A stretch of DNA of 64,000 bases from assembly GCF_964194155.1 (NCBI RefSeq), contig NC_135899.1, positions 80,290,001 to 80,354,000 of the forward strand, in the 5' to 3' direction. Position 1 is the first letter of the stretch. Every line of letters begins with the position of its first letter. A program made the position numbers and the translations under genes. Under the pieces are notes generated by a model. That model was not told the origin of the DNA, searched no databases, and saw only the letters and a list, made by a program, of their open reading frames with translations. This stretch comes from Cetorhinus maximus (lineage: Eukaryota). Shown here piece after piece: positions 12,638-27,275 of the stretch.

Positions 12638-13460
12638 CGTTACGATCCCCATGTGGGAACGATAAACCAAAATAACCAAATTTACTGATTGAGCCCAAAA
12701 TGAAAAAAGTACCAACAGTATTCTATTTTTTGTAGCTTTTACTTTAACATGAATCAGAACCAACACAAATATCACATAAATTAACTGGCAAGTGATACTT
12801 TGAATAAAAACAAAAATTTCACTTTAAATAGCCAATACAACAAAAGTACACAACCACAAGCATTCACATCAATGTGCATTACGTAGCTACATAGTTCCGC
12901 AATATGCTGTTCTTTATTTATGCAGGGTAAGTCCTATCCGACAACAGTTGTCACCTTAGAGTTTCACGGGTATGATTATCATCAGCAAGGCACACTTCTA
13001 TGAACACTCTCTCCCTCATGTCATGGCAGTCCTGATGGTTTCTTCCCAGAGAAGGTAGCTTCCCAGAGTTTCTTTTCAACCAACCAACCAATAACACCCC
13101 TATTCACAGTTTTGCCACTTTTGGGAAAAGACCCAGCTCTTTAGGTCTCTGAGATATTCACATAGATTTGCAAGCTATAGACTTTTTTTGGCAGCTTGCT
13201 CATTGTCTCCAAGACCTTCTTTATCCTTTCCTGCCAACCAGAAAAACTGACCTCTTCCTGACAGCGATTTGCTTCAATTCCTCATAAGAATTTGGTGTTT
13301 TCCTCTTTCCGTCTTTGTCTGCTTTCTCTTTATGTCTGCATCTGGGCTTTCACTCACCAGCTCCTCTGCTTGTTTCTCTCCTTTGTGTCTGGTCACATAA
13401 CTGCTGTCTTGACTTCTATCCTGTTGATATAGTTACCAGGTCAAAGGTCACTTTGTCGCA
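12638..13460. mobile_element. LTR-like repeat, copy 1 (paralogous to 16811-17650)
   Basis: Begins (C)GTTACGATCCCC and is colinear over ~800 bp with the copy beginning TGTAACAATCTC at 16811. The distal end could not be defined. Confidence 0.6.
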
Positions 13461-14504
13461 TTTCTTATTCACTCCTGCCTCCAACCGGAACGCTGTCAGA
13501 AACGGTTGTGCATGCACATTCAGCCCGCACTGAAACACATGCACAACTGATCCTGATGCCTTTCCGGTCAATGGTAATAGCATCAGTGTTATGCAAACCC
13601 AGTTCCTGCTCATTTGATAATTAATTGGGCTCTTTATCCCAGAGCCTTTGTGTCAAGCCCAGCATTGTGCAATGATTGTTTTATTTCATACTTATAACTT
13701 TTTAACAATTCAGAACATTGAACAACTTTGGTGAATAAAGGTCCTTGTTGCTGGTACAAGAATTATAAAAATAGTTGACAGGGGATTCCCTGAGAGCCCA
13801 GCTACCAAAGAATACATTCATTTGTAGAAAATAGCAAATGTTAATACATAATGCAAGACGCAGTAAGCCCAAACACTTGTTGCTTCTCAAAGCATCGTTT
13901 TGATAGAATCTGCAAAAAGTCCTATTAAAAAAGTAATATCCTAGTGTATTTCTGATGAGGATTTGAATAATAATGAGTGGCAAAGAACTGAACATTTTGG
14001 GAAACACATCATTTGTTTTAATTTACTCCCGAATAACAGGTTTCAGTTTGCATCCCAAAACTTAACTTAGGCTGTTTATTTAGTTGCAAATGATAAAATG
14101 AGTTATAAGGCACTAACTGCACTTAAGAGCATCAATCACAAACTGGGTCTGACATTACCTCTGTGTATGTACAAAAAGTTATTCCCCTAGTGTTGCGTCA
14201 CAAGTAAACACAGCCTTACACAGTGGGACGCACTAAAGCTTGGGCAAATGCTGCAAAGGTGCAATGGGGAAAGGTCACTGCCTAAGACCTTTCAGCCTTA
14301 ATGCAGCGAGGGGCTGGGAATTGTATAGACCCTTTGGGCTGTATGACTGTATGCAGTGAATACTACATGTATCACAATTGTATTAAAGGACCTCAGGGTG
14401 CAACATGATCCATGTAGATAACTTGAATACCATTGCACTGCCTGTCTGTAAAGACCATGTTGAAATGTCTTTCAAGCTCATTGATTGTATTGAAGCACCT
14501 CATG

Positions 14505-15560
14505 ATAAGAACATAAGAAATAGGAACAGGAGTAGGCCATTCGGCCCCTCGAGCCTGCTCTGCCATTCAATAAGACCATGGCTGATCTTCTTGTGTATCA
14601 ATTTCCACATTCCCATCTAATCCCAATAACCTTTGATTCCCTTGCCTAACAAGAATCTATCTACCTCTGCCTTAAAAATATTCAATGTGAGTATACTCAC
14701 TGGGAAATCAAATATTGTTACTGACAATCAAAATTAGGTATATTTACAACCTTTCTCCCCCAACAACATCTTGTATTTATACAGCACCTTAAAGGTGGTA
14801 AAATGTCCCAAGCTCTTTCAGGGAAATGTTATCGAACAAAATTAGACATCGAGCTACATAAGGAGCTATTAGGGTAGATGACTGAAAGCTTGGACAATGA
14901 GGTAAGTTTTAAGGATGGTCTTAAAGGAGGAAAGAGTGTTAAAGAGGCGCAGAGGTTTATGCAGAGAATTCCAGAATTTGGGGCCTGGGCAGCTGAAGGC
15001 ACAGCCACAAGGAAGGGGTGATTAAAATTGGGGATGCTCAAGAAGCCATAATTGAAGGAGCCAATCTCAGAAGACTGAGGGCTGGAGGATATTACAGGGA
15101 TGGGATGGGGAGGGGGCAAGGACTTGGGGGGTGGATTTGAAAACAAGGAAGGGAATTTTGAAACTGAACCGTTCCTTAACTAGGAACCAAAGTATTTCAG
15201 TGAACACAGTAATGGTGGGTGAATGGGACCTGGTGCAAGTTAAGACTTGGACAGCACTGTTTTGGATGACCAGGTCTGCAGAAATGGGAAACAGGCCAGG
15301 GTTATGTTGGAATAATCAAGTTAAGATGCAGCAAAGGCTTGGATAATGGTTTCAGCAACAGTTCAGTAGAGTCAGGGGTGGAGTTGGGCGATGTTATGGA
15401 GGTGGAGATAGGAAATCTTGGTGACTGTGCAGATACGTAGTTGAAAGCTCATCTCAAGTTCAAATATGATACTGATGTTGGTTTAGTTTGAGACAGTTTC
15501 CATGGAGAGGGATGGGGTTGGTGGTTAGGGAACAGAGCTTGAGACGGGGACCGAAGACAG
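14505..15560 (-). mobile_element. CR1 tail (~14505-14690) and L2-like LINE fragment (~14760-15560)
   Basis: AAGAACATAAGAAATAGGAACAGGAGTAGGCC tail; CAACAAC...TTGTATTTATACAGCACCTT tail also seen at 39535 and 48020. Confidence 0.6.
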
Positions 15561-16810
15561 CGGCCAAAAATTAGACTTTAGCATCTAAATAGAACAGATG
15601 GTGTTTATTGTACATATGCTTCAGAGAAACATCAGTTGGTGCTGAGCCCTTAATCTGCCATTTAACCTTGAGTGTTTTATGTTCTTAAAGTAACACAACC
15701 ACAGGCTGTATTGCATTTTATTTAAATTGTTAGAATGTGTGCACAGCACACTGCAGCACTGTATGATGGGATGTGGTTTAACACCTACAGTTTTCACAGT
15801 TTTAGCTAAAGGTTTCAGTCACATCCCCAAACATCAATAAAACACCAAATGCCAGGCATTTCCCTGCAGGAGGCTGGGGAGGTCAGAGAGGGGAAATCGT
15901 CACATATTCCTCTGCATGCCTCATAGTTGCTCATGATATACCAGCGTTGGTCAGAACCTAGAAACAAATCATTGCTCACCCATAGTTTGTCTGTCTACCT
16001 CTCTCCTCCTTAAAATCTACCTCATTCACTTGCCCAATATCCCTGTAAGTAGCTCAGTGTCATATTTTGTTTGATAATCAGTCCTATGAAGCATCTTGGA
16101 ATGTTTCACTATGTTAAAGGCGCTATATAAATGCAAGTTGTTGTTAAGGATACAATAAGAATAACAAATTACTTGCAGGCACTCACTATTCATGGTTTAT
16201 ATGTGAATAATATATATCTTGGGAACAAGGTCTTAAAAGGCAAATACTATACCCTAGCAAGGAATTCATATAATTTATCTAGTTACGGTAACATTTTGGG
16301 AAGGATCAGATAGCTTCACGTTAATAAAGGAGCTTTCTATCTTTCATTTTCTTCCATCTTGCAGGCTGCAGTGACTAACACCTGGGAACAGTTCCACATG
16401 AAACAACAACCCTTTGATACCCCAGCCAAGTGGCCATTCTTCACAAGGGTATATGGGCAACAAATAGATTTGTCAACTGTTACTGGGGATGATGTTACAG
16501 CTAAGCCCTCGCTCAGCATAAGCACATGCAAAGATTTTTCAGCGGAGATCACTGAAAAGCCACCAAAAGGGGGATGCCCGTTTGATATTTCCCTTCTGCC
16601 TTCAGATGCTGTCACCAGTTGTCCAAGATTAGTTAATTCATTGCAGACCATGGATTGAACCTGGCTCTCGTTAAAGCCATAACACTACAAATTCTGCTCA
16701 GCAGTCACTCAATTACCAAGGCTACCACTTTAGACTGGCTATCGCATATAATGTAAAGCGTATATAGCTTTTGCACAATCCCACCCAGTATAGGCGGTAG
16801 GATGATATAT

Positions 16811-17650
16811 TGTAACAATCTCTGTGGGGAAACTGTAAACCAAATTCACTGAATGACCCCCAAATGAAGAAATTATCAACGCGATTTCACTTTTTGTAGC
16901 TTTTACTTTAACACAAATCAGAACCAATGTAAATTTCATGTGAATTAACAAGTAAATGATACTTCAAATAAAAAGGTAAATTTCACTTTAAATAGTTGAC
17001 ACAACAAAGACATGTTTTACACAACAACAAGCATTTGAATCACTCCCCGCACCAATGTGACACTACCTAGCTACACAGTTCCACAATATGCTGTTCTTTA
17101 TTCATGCAAGGTTGGTTAGGATTCAAATCCAACAGCTTTCACCTTTGAATTCCACAAATATGATTATCATCAGAATGGCACACTTCTACGAACCCTCTCT
17201 CCTGCGGGTCATGACAGTCCTGATGGTGTAACTTTCCAGGGATTCTTTTTAACTGACTAACCAATAACACCCTGGTTCATGCTTTGGCCTATGGGAAAAC
17301 ACCCAGCTCTTTAACATCTCAGAGCTATTTACACAGCTTTCCAGATTTTAGATCTTTTTAGCCAGCTCACACAGTACCTTCAACGGCTCATGTCTCCTTT
17401 TCTACCAAACAGAGAAACTGACCTCTTCCTGAGTGATTTGCTTCTTCTCCACACAAGAATTCTGTGTCCCTCTTTCTGATTCTTTCCCTTTTCTCTTTGT
17501 GTCTACATCTCTGCACTTATCGCTTTCATCCCCCAGAACCTCTGCTTGTACCTCACCGTTTTTCTGTAGCTCTTCTTTGTGTCTACCAGTCACATGGATT
17601 CTTTCTTAACTTCTGGTCCTGCTTCCAGGTCAAGTGTTGCCAGGTCACAT
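16811..17650. mobile_element. LTR-like repeat, copy 2
   Basis: Starts TGTAACA; colinear with 12638-13460. Confidence 0.6.
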
Positions 17651-18317
17651 AGACCAGTATATTTTATTTTCCAAGCAAATTATAATTGATCCCTTTACGA
17701 TTGATGCAAACTCAAAGTCCTTTCTAAACATTCTTAAAAAACAATTACAGATTCCACAGACTTTGATCTTTGTGGAAAACTTGAATATGATTGCACTTTT
17801 AGTGATGGCCATTTTGAAATGTTTTGTAATGTTCTTTCAGATATTTTATGAATAAAGTATATTTTTCCAAAAAAAAAACCTTTCTTATTATCCAAGAAAA
17901 TTGCAATTAATCCCCTTATAATTGATGCAAATTCTTAAAAGTCCTTTTCAAGCATTCTTAAAAACAACTACAGATTCCACAGAAATTTTGAAGAAATTAC
18001 AAATTTTCCTTACTGTATTGCTTCTGGGTCAAAGGTTGCCATACTCGGGTGGAATTTTTGGCTCTGGAGACTAAGTGAGGTGGCGGGCAGGAAAGTCAGC
18101 GCGGTTCCCTTCAGCTGGCATGGCAGGTTGCCACAACAGATTGTCCGCTTTTCACCTAATTATGCATGCATGAATGAGCAGCACGTTGTATCTTGTGGCT
18201 GGGATACGTCCGCCTGCCGTTACCTCGTCGGGTCATATTTCCGGGTGTCATATTTAAACAGCATCTGCATATACATTCACTCTCTGCAGCCCAGGACTTG
18301 TCGTGGAAAGCACCAAA

Positions 18318-19920
18318 ATGGCCCCCAGAAGAGACAAACCATGTGCACCCAAGTTCAGGGACAAGTCACTGGCGGCACCCCTCCAGGCAGTCGAGGTCAG
18401 GTGGGAGATCCCCGTGATGGGATCCAGAGGTCCACAAACCTCCCCACCAAAGCTTGGGAGGAGGTCACCAGGATGGTCAGAAGAGGACCACCACCCAGTG
18501 CCGAAAAAGGATGAATGATCTCATCTACTCCGCCAGGGTAAGTCAATCTTTTCTTCAATCTCAACTCACACTCTCAGAAGGCCATGCAGGGTTACAGTCT
18601 ACAGGAATCTCACACACAGCCAGCACAAGGGACATCATCACTGACTCACACATATATTTACATCTTCATCTCTGTAAGCCTTTACAGAGGTCCACTCAAC
18701 ACACACAGCAGGCCGGCATGCTGATCATCTGCTTTGACACCCACCTTGCTCACAGTCTGTCCATCTGTCTTTATGCAGGACAAGATCATCCACAACAACA
18801 GGGAGGGATCCCAGACAGGACAGCAGATACCGGAGCTCAGGTCAATCATTCCCTTTGAGGAGCGGCAGCAGAGCTGGCCGGTGAGGACCGGAACCATTCC
18901 TGCACCGAAGGTGAGATCGGCATCTCCCAACAAGCCAGTGAAGCCCCATCCACTAGTCTTTGCCCACCAGCCAAAACCTTGAGTGTAAGTAAAGGAGGAG
19001 GCACACTGCCAGCCAGCCCATCAGCCCCCAGATCACCTCGGATGAGGATCCTGAGGACCCACTAGATGTAGAGCCGTCACTTTGTTCACCTGCACCCTCC
19101 ACCAGGGTAGATACACAAACCTCAGTGGGACCGAGTTTCGGAGCAGGCTGGGGGTGGGGTACCATCTGGTGAGCACAGCATTGATTCGGGTCCACAGCAG
19201 GCAGAGGCAGCGACAGCCAAGGTCACTGACACTTGGAGGACTGCTGGGGGCCAGGATCCTGCTGAGGCTGAATCTGATGACGAACCTCTGGAATCAGCCC
19301 TCAGAGAGATGTTAGAGCTCCAAAGTCAGGCAAGGGTACAGCAGTCAGGCTTCTCAGAGGCCGTCAGCAGATCAGAATGGAGGATATAGGAGTCCATCCA
19401 TGTTCTGTAGGATGTCATGGCACCAACATGCCAGCTCATCAAGGTCACCATTGGAAGGGTGGCAACCGCCCTGGAGATTTTGACCCAGCAGTTTGTACTA
19501 GATATGCGCTCAGACCTGCACACCATTGCTTTAGCCCTGAGTTGGATCCCTTCAGTGGCTATGTGAGAGGAAGACGGGACACCTCAATCTCCCTCCAGGA
19601 GCCCCTTCTCCTCAAGGAGTCAGGGAGGGGCCCACAGGCACACATAGTGGGGAGGACCGTTAGCAGGACACCCCGGGGCGATCCACCGAGATGTCTCCAA
19701 GACTGTCCAGCTGATCTCAATCCCCTCTGCCTGTGACCCCAGGAACTCCAGCTGCTCAGGCTGAGGAGGGTGCACCTGTCCCACAGCAGGAGACCCAGTG
19801 CAGGCTGGGGCCCTCCAGAGGTTGCCCGCCAAGGTCATTACAGACAACAAGGCACAGCAGCCAGTTAGGCTGCCTCTACCTCTGCTGTGGATGTCGTGGA
19901 TGCACCTAGACATGGCGATA
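18318..19920 (+). pseudogene. Harbinger Myb/SANT (trihelix, NAIF1-like) DNA-binding protein gene, frameshifted and spliced
   Basis: MAPRRDKPCAPKFRDKSL...TKAWEEVTRMV...RTTTQCRKRMNDLIYSAR. Donor G|GTAAGT after 18537; acceptor TTATGCAG before 18779, followed by DKIIHNNREGSQTG. 3' end approximate. Confidence 0.75.
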
Positions 19921-22670
19921 AGGTAACAAAAATTTAAAAATATTAAGGGCACAACAGTGGCACAGGTGTTCACTCACTGTATAGACTTTGCACATCTGTA
20001 AAAATATTTAGCTTATCTGAAAGTCTCATCTGGTGAATGGCTCTTCTGTCTGATGCAATGCTCTGAGATCATACAAATGTAACAGATGCCCCTCCCCAAC
20101 TCTTCACTTATCTCCCATCATATCCCTCAGGTCTATGGTGTTTCACACAATCTCATTATTGTGTTGCATTTCTGTCCACAGCAGCGACATGAGCAAAGCG
20201 TGTTGCTCTTTCAACATGGTGGTTGGGCAATGCATATCCTAGACTTGCGACAGAGGATCATATCATGTGGCCTCATGCGTATAGATTTAGCGGTTTGGTT
20301 TATTCTCCTGATGCTGCTGCACTGAAAACTAGTCTATGTGGATCTGATAGGTTTTAATGGTGACCCACATTAACTCGGTGCATCTTTCAATTGCCTCTAT
20401 GTAATATCTGTCAGACTTGAGTGTAGGTGACATTTCACATAATAGTTTTGGATCTTAGGCGCTCATGGTAGCCTGTAGTATGATGTCGTGACTGTGTGTA
20501 TAGCTAGACATCACCCCTACAGTCATTCCCAATCTCCACCTGCTTGATGCAGAGCTATGGACCAAGTGAGCACTTGGTGACTCCTGAAATGTCTGATGGG
20601 CGGCCACAACTATGAGAGATCGGAGGTGTGTATCTAGACTCCTGATGCCGGACTATTAAATGAGATGATGCTGCTTTGGACTTGGAGGTCTGGCTCGGGT
20701 AGCTTGACATAATCCCTGAGCTAGCTCTCTGATGCGCAATCAACATGGTTATCTGATTGTGACAGTGCCATCAGGTTTTCTTGTGAAAATCTGAATATCT
20801 GAAACTGCTGGAATGAAAACGTGGAGCTCCAATACAACTGATGTGTACACTTTATTATCAATCAAGTTACTAAGTAATGCCTAAATGCAATGTCAACATT
20901 TACTGGGCCACCTCACACCCAGATACCAAGGCTATGCAGTACGTGAACTTGGGAAGCTCCAGACAAAGGTTGGGTTATGAGTGCTTGTAAATGATCAGGT
21001 GATGTTGCTGCTGAAGCTCTCTCTGTACACATAAAGATGGCCTGACTCGCAGACTCGCATCCATGACTGAGAGTGACCAGATCACAGAGTCCTAAAGAAC
21101 AATCTCATGCTGGGGACTCAGTATGAGGATGAGGCCAGAACATTATTCTCGCATGTGGGATGGCATGTGGAGAGATGCCATAGTCCCAATTCACATCAGT
21201 CCTCAGACGTACACGCAAGAACCAGTGATTGAAGATTGTCCTCCTTGAGGCACCTTGCAACACTCCAGGTATACTGCCATGAGAACACTGAGGTTTGCAG
21301 CCTCTTGAAGGCAGTCATAGGCAGTGAAATTTTGGCACAATGCGTGAAAAGACTGCATCATGTATACTTTCTTCACAGTGCACGCTGGTGGAGTTCTTAT
21401 CCCATATCATGGCCACATGCCTCACAGGCTGCCTAGCATTCCAAGGATGAGCCCATAATCATACAAGGTTGTAACTACTTATTCCGAGATTGATGTCCTT
21501 CATTGAGATGCTGAGGTAGCAAAGAAAGTGTTAATGTTGAGCCTGCATGGAGGGCACAGTGAAAGAGGCTTGTATGAGCTAGCTGTCTTCATTGTCCTGG
21601 AACCTTGTGGCTATATAGGACACGTCTGCTGTGTCTGTCTGTGCTTTGGGGCCTCAACATCCTCAGCTTCATCGAGCTCATGTCAAGAAGATATAATAAT
21701 GTCTATAATGTTATTGGAAATTATTTTAAAATAGAGTTCTAGTGGTGTCTGTGTCTATGTGCGTGTGTGTCTTAATTGGATTAAAGCCAGCTGGTCTAGA
21801 GGCTTTGATGTATAGGAGAGAAGTCGGTTTGAAATGTTAATTAAATAAACTTAGGAAAATTACAAGGTGAAGTGTAAAGGGGGCAAGTGGCATTTTTAAA
21901 CAAACCATTCAAAAGAGTGGGTGAAATATTACACCTAGCCAGAAGAAGTCAAATAATATGTTTACTTTTTCCAAAGCTTACAAATAAAATTGATGTTATG
22001 AAAGGGTTTTATTGTTAGAAGAGATAAAATTTAAAAAAACCCTAGTGATACAGTGAGAATTTGCATTCGAAGAGGAAAAAAGTGTATAAAGGAAGAGAAG
22101 GCTGTTGGTAAGAGAAGAGGGATTCTAAGATCTAAAGATTCCAACCTGTAAGTCTCAAGCCACTGTCTGCAAGGACCCAAAGCTGAAAGAAACTCATTTT
22201 GAATTCGACTGTCCAGAGTGTGCTTTGCCTGGGGTCTGTTTAAATCTACGTGTTTTACTGTTGCCTTAATGGAGGTGTAACTGAAAGTCAGATTAATTAG
22301 GGGGTATTTTAGAAGTTATTTTTTGTAGTAATTTGTAGACATATGTATGTGCTTACAATCTTTTAATTGATAAATGTTTAATTTAGTTTTATAAAAACCT
22401 CTTTGAGACTCGGTGGTCTTATTATAACTGAATTCAAAGCCTGCACCCCGAAACTGACAAATTGCAAAAAATTGGTAATGGCAGTTGTTCTGAGTTTCCC
22501 CCTCAACATTTACCATCAGCTGTGTCATAATAGTTGGGGGCTCTTTGCAGGGTATATTTGAAGTTCCTTGATTTTTTTTGGAATTGCTGAGCCTTAAGCT
22601 TACGAGTAGAAGAAGCACTTTGAATTCAGGAGTAGGCGTGAGGTATTTTTGAAGTGGTGAGACAGCAAAA

Positions 22671-23830
22671 ATGGCTGTATCCATGGCTAAATCTTTTTAG
22701 GAAGTAGAATATATAACTCTGATTGGGTTACAGAAAGTATCCAAGAATAAATTAACAGAGTTGGCGGATAAGTTGCGATTGGGGTTACCTGCGGGGGCTA
22801 GGAAAGCAGATAGAATTGAAGGTTTAGCACAGCATTTAAAGCTGGGAGTGACATCTGACACTAGTGAGTCACAGCTGGAGGTAGTGAGACTTCAGTTAGA
22901 AATGAAGGAGCTTGAACTTGAACAAGCAAAGGAAATGAAAAAAAAAAACTTGAACTAGGGGCAGCAGAAAAAGAAAGGGAAAAAGAGGGATTATTTCAAA
23001 AAGAAATGGAAATGCGAAACTTGATTTCCAGAGGGAAAAGTTAGCAATGGAAGACAGAATTAAGGAAAGAGACAGAGAATATCAGCTTTTAAAAAAGGGA
23101 CCTCAGATTCTGAGGAAAGTTCTGATGATGAAAAAGCCTTTAACCTAAAACCCAGTGGGGAGAGGATTAAATTGTACAAGCTCTTCCAAAGTTTGAGGGA
23201 AAAGATGTTGAAGCATTCTTTATTTCATTTGAGATGATATCTAAACAGATGAAATGGTCACAGGAAAACGGGACATTGTTGTTACAATCCAGGTTGGTGG
23301 GTAGAACACATAAGATATATGCTTCGCTATCAGAAGAAATGTCGGTGAATTACGATATGGTTATAAAGGCTATTTTTAGTGCATATAAGTTGGTTCCTGA
23401 GGCATACAGGCAGAAATTTAGGAATATGGTAAAACATCCTGGGCAAACTTATACTGAGTTTGAAAGAGTAAAACAAAGTAATTTTGACCGGTGGTCACGG
23501 GCATTAAAAATAGAGACAACAAATGCAGCTCTTAGGGAAGTAATTCTTTCGGAAGAATTTAAAGATTCAATTCCTTCAGTAGTGAGAACACACGTGGAGG
23601 AACAGAGGGTTCAAAGAGTAAGACGAGCAGCAGAGATAGCTGATGATGATGAGTTAGTTCATAGAGCTAAGCCTTTTTTTGTCACCCTTTCAAATCGGAA
23701 AAGGATAGAAAGTGGGAAGTCTTTTCTCAGAATAGAAAGGAAGGTGCTGATGGTAGAAGTGACATTTGAAAATTGAGGTGTTTTCATTGTAATAAAGTTG
23801 GACACACAAAGTCAGTGTGCATGAAATTGC
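22671..23830 (+). pseudogene. gag with SCAN-like capsid domain and CCHC knuckle (frameshifted)
   Basis: AYKLVPEAYRQKFRN...EEFKDSIPSVVRTHVEEQ...AAEIADD; CFHCNKVGHTKSVC. Confidence 0.85.
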
Positions 23831-24039
23831 AGGGAAAATCTGTTGGAGTTATATGGGTGCAGAAAAGTTCTGGAAGTGAAAGTACTCTGGGTCCTGAGGT
23901 TCAGGCAAAGGGAAAAACCAGTGGTTTGTGTACAGATAAAACAGAAAGAATCAGTGATAGGTAAAGAAGTGGGAATGTGTTCACAATTTACCCAAGAGAA
24001 TTTGGAGGAGCAGGTTGCAGAAATGTTTAAGATTTTGTA

Positions 24040-27000
24040 TGTGAAGGGAAAGTCATTCCATGTGTACTGGGTGGAGTAGGTAAGGATGTTAAAAATTTAA
24101 GAGACAAGAGATAGTCAATCCTTAATGTTGTGGGATAGTGATATTTGTTGTTCAAAGGGGGTGTTGCAGGAGAAGGTAATAATAGGTGGGGTTCATGGAG
24201 ATGCTAAATCTATTCCATTGTGGATGGTAAATTTAAAGAGTAAGTGGAAAACTGATGAAGTGACTGTTGGGGTGGTGTAAAAGTTGCCCATTGCAGGGGT
24301 TCAGTTTATTCTGGGTAATGATAATAGCTGGATCACAAATGTGGGTGATGCCTATGGTAGTTAAGAACCTTGTAGAGGAGTCTTCAACAGAAGTGTTAGA
24401 GAGAGAGCGTCCTGGATTGTTTACAGATTGCGTGATAATAAACTCACAGGCTGTTTCAACATATGTTGCAACAAGAAAAACAGGAAGGACAAGCCATTCA
24501 AAGACAGGAAGAAGGTCTTGAAATCCAATTAGCTGGTACTGTGTTTGATAATATTGTTCAGAAAGACATAGCAGAGGAAAAGGCAATAGAGGTGTTTAGC
24601 TCAAGGCAGTTAATTGAGTTGCAACAAAATGATTTACAATTAAAACAGTTATATCAGACATCTTACTCAGAAACAGAGGCAAAATGTATCCCAGAATGCT
24701 GTTTAATGAAAAAGTGGAGGTCGGATCATGTCTCAGCAAATGAAAGCTGGAGGGAGATACATCAGATTGTTATCCCAGTTGGGTATAGAAATGAGATTCT
24801 GAAGATTGCTCATGAAATTCCAATGGCAGGACATTTAGGAATTAAGAAAACACAACATTTTTATTGGTTTTGTATAGGGGTGTAACCAAACTCTGTAGAA
24901 CATGTCACACATGTCAGGTGATAGTGAAACCACAAGCAATGATTAAGCCAGCACCTTTAATCCCAGTTCCAGCATTTGAAGAGCCTTTTTATTAAGGTCA
25001 TGATTGATTATGTAGGACCCTCCCTAAGCCTAAAAGTGGAAATCAGTATTTACTGACAATAATGGATGTGTCTACCAGATTTCCTAAAGCAGTACGTTTG
25101 AGAAACATTGCAACAAAGAAGATTGTGGAAGAGTTAACTGATTTTTTTACAAAATATGGTTTACCTAAGGAAATACAATCAGATCAATGTTCAAATTTTA
25201 TCCCACAGCTGTTTAAGGAAGTAATGAACAGTTTGGGGATAAAACAATTTAAGTCAACAGCTTATCATCCTGAGTCACAAGGGGCTTTGGAAAGATGGCA
25301 TCAAACCCTAAAAACTATGATGAGAGCATACTGTCAAGATTATCCACAGGATTGGGATGGAGGAATTCCATGCTTGTTATTTGCTATTAGAGATGCTCCT
25401 AATGCATCGACTGGTTTTGGCCATTTCAAACTAGTCTATGGACATGAGGTAAGGGGACCACTGAAATTGATTTATGAGAAATTGATGGGTCAAAATTCAG
25501 AAGCTATGCTCCTGGATTGCATATCAAACTTCAGAGAGAAACTAGGCAGAGCATATCAGTTGGCTAGGGAACATTTAAAGATATCACAGCAATTGATGAA
25601 AGTGAAAGCAGACAGGAAGGCTACAGCTCGGAATTTTATTGCTGGAGAGAAAGTGCTAGTTCTGTTACCAGCACTGGGTGACTCATTAAAGGCAAGGTTT
25701 AGTGGGCCTTTCAGGATTGAAAAGAAATTTAGTGAAGTAAATCATTTAATAAATACTCCAGATAGAAGAAAGGAGCAGAGTGTGCGTCATGTAAATTTAC
25801 TTTAAAAGTACTTTGACAGGGAAGAGAACCAAAAGGAGATGTTAGTAGTAGTAGATAATGAGAAAGAAGTAGAAATGCAGGATTCTGAAATTGATTTTCC
25901 TCTAATCAAATTGGATAATGAGGGGTTACTCGAAAATTTAAATGTAATATTGAGTTACCTTCCAGCCAAGCGTCAAAGTGATTTGGAAAAGCTATTGCAG
26001 TCACACAAAGATATTTGTGGAAATAAGCTGGGGATGACAGATTTAGCTATACATGATGTATCTGTAAAAGTTGCATCTTCAGTAAGGCAACATCCTTATA
26101 GATTAAATCTAGCAAAGTTATCACAAGTACAGAAAAAAATTGACTTCATGCTTCAAAAGGATATCATTGAGTCTAGTTGCAGTACCTGGAGTTCACCTAT
26201 TGTGCTGGTACCAAAACTGAATGGAACACAAAGATTGTGTGTGGACTATTGAAAGATGAATGCGGTGACAAAAGTGGATTCCTACCCTATACCGCGAGTT
26301 CAAGAAATGTATTGAGAAAGTGGGATAATCAAAATTTATCACAAAGATTGACTTGCTAAAAGGATATTGGCAAGTACCATTATCAGCTTCTGTGAAGCCA
26401 AATGGACTGTATCAGTTTAAAGTCATGTCATTTGGTATGAAGAATATACCTGCGACATTTCAAAGACTGACGAACAACGTAATTGCAGATCTAAGCAATT
26501 GTGCTGTTTATATTGAAGACTTGATAGTTTTCAGTCCCATGTGGGAGGAGCATTTACAACATCTGGAAGAATTATTTACTCGATTCCAGAAAACTAATTT
26601 GGTGATGAACTTGGCTAAAAGTGAATTTGCAAAAGCACAAGTTACGTATCTAGGCCATACCATTGGACATGGTAAGGTGGCTCCGAGAGATGTAAAAGTC
26701 AAGGCTATTGTGAATTTCCTAGTGCCTACAACAAAACGAGAAGTTTTGAGATTTTGGGGCATGAGTGGGTTTTATTGGAAATTTGTACCAAATTTTAGCA
26801 GTGTGGATGCTCCACTGACTGACTGAACTATTAAATAAGAATAAGAAGGTTCAATGGGTGCAGGGGTGTCAGAAGGCATTTGACAGTTTGAAAACTGTAT
26901 TAACTATGACACCAGTCTTGGCAGTACCCAATTACGCCAAGCAATTTAAGTTGGCCATTGATGCAAGTCATATAGGCATTGGGGCTGTACTGATACAAGA

Positions 27001-27275
27001 AGATGACACTGGAATTGATAAACCAATAGGGTATTTTTCATGGAATCTGAATGCACAAGAAGAAGATATTCAACGATTGAAAAGGAGACGTTGGGTTTGG
27101 TGTTAGCATTGCAGCATTTTGAAAGCTATGTGGCAAACAATTTGTCACAAACAATTGTTTATACTGACCACGATCCTTTAAAGTTTCTGGACAAATTTTG
27201 AGACAGAAGTTCAAGGCGTTTCAGGTGGAGTCTATTACTGTAACCATTTAATCTACAGATTATACATGTTGCTGG
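24040..27275 (+). pseudogene. pol: protease, integrase, reverse transcriptase, RNase H (multiple stops and frameshifts)
   Basis: Integrase HEIPMAGHLG..CRTCHTCQ, IQSDQCSNF, YHPESQGALERWHQTLK (~24810-25320). RT WSSPIVLVPK, KGYWQVP, MSFGMKN, YIED (~26180-26520). RNase H FKLAIDAS, YTDHDPL (~26945-27180). Confidence 0.9.
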
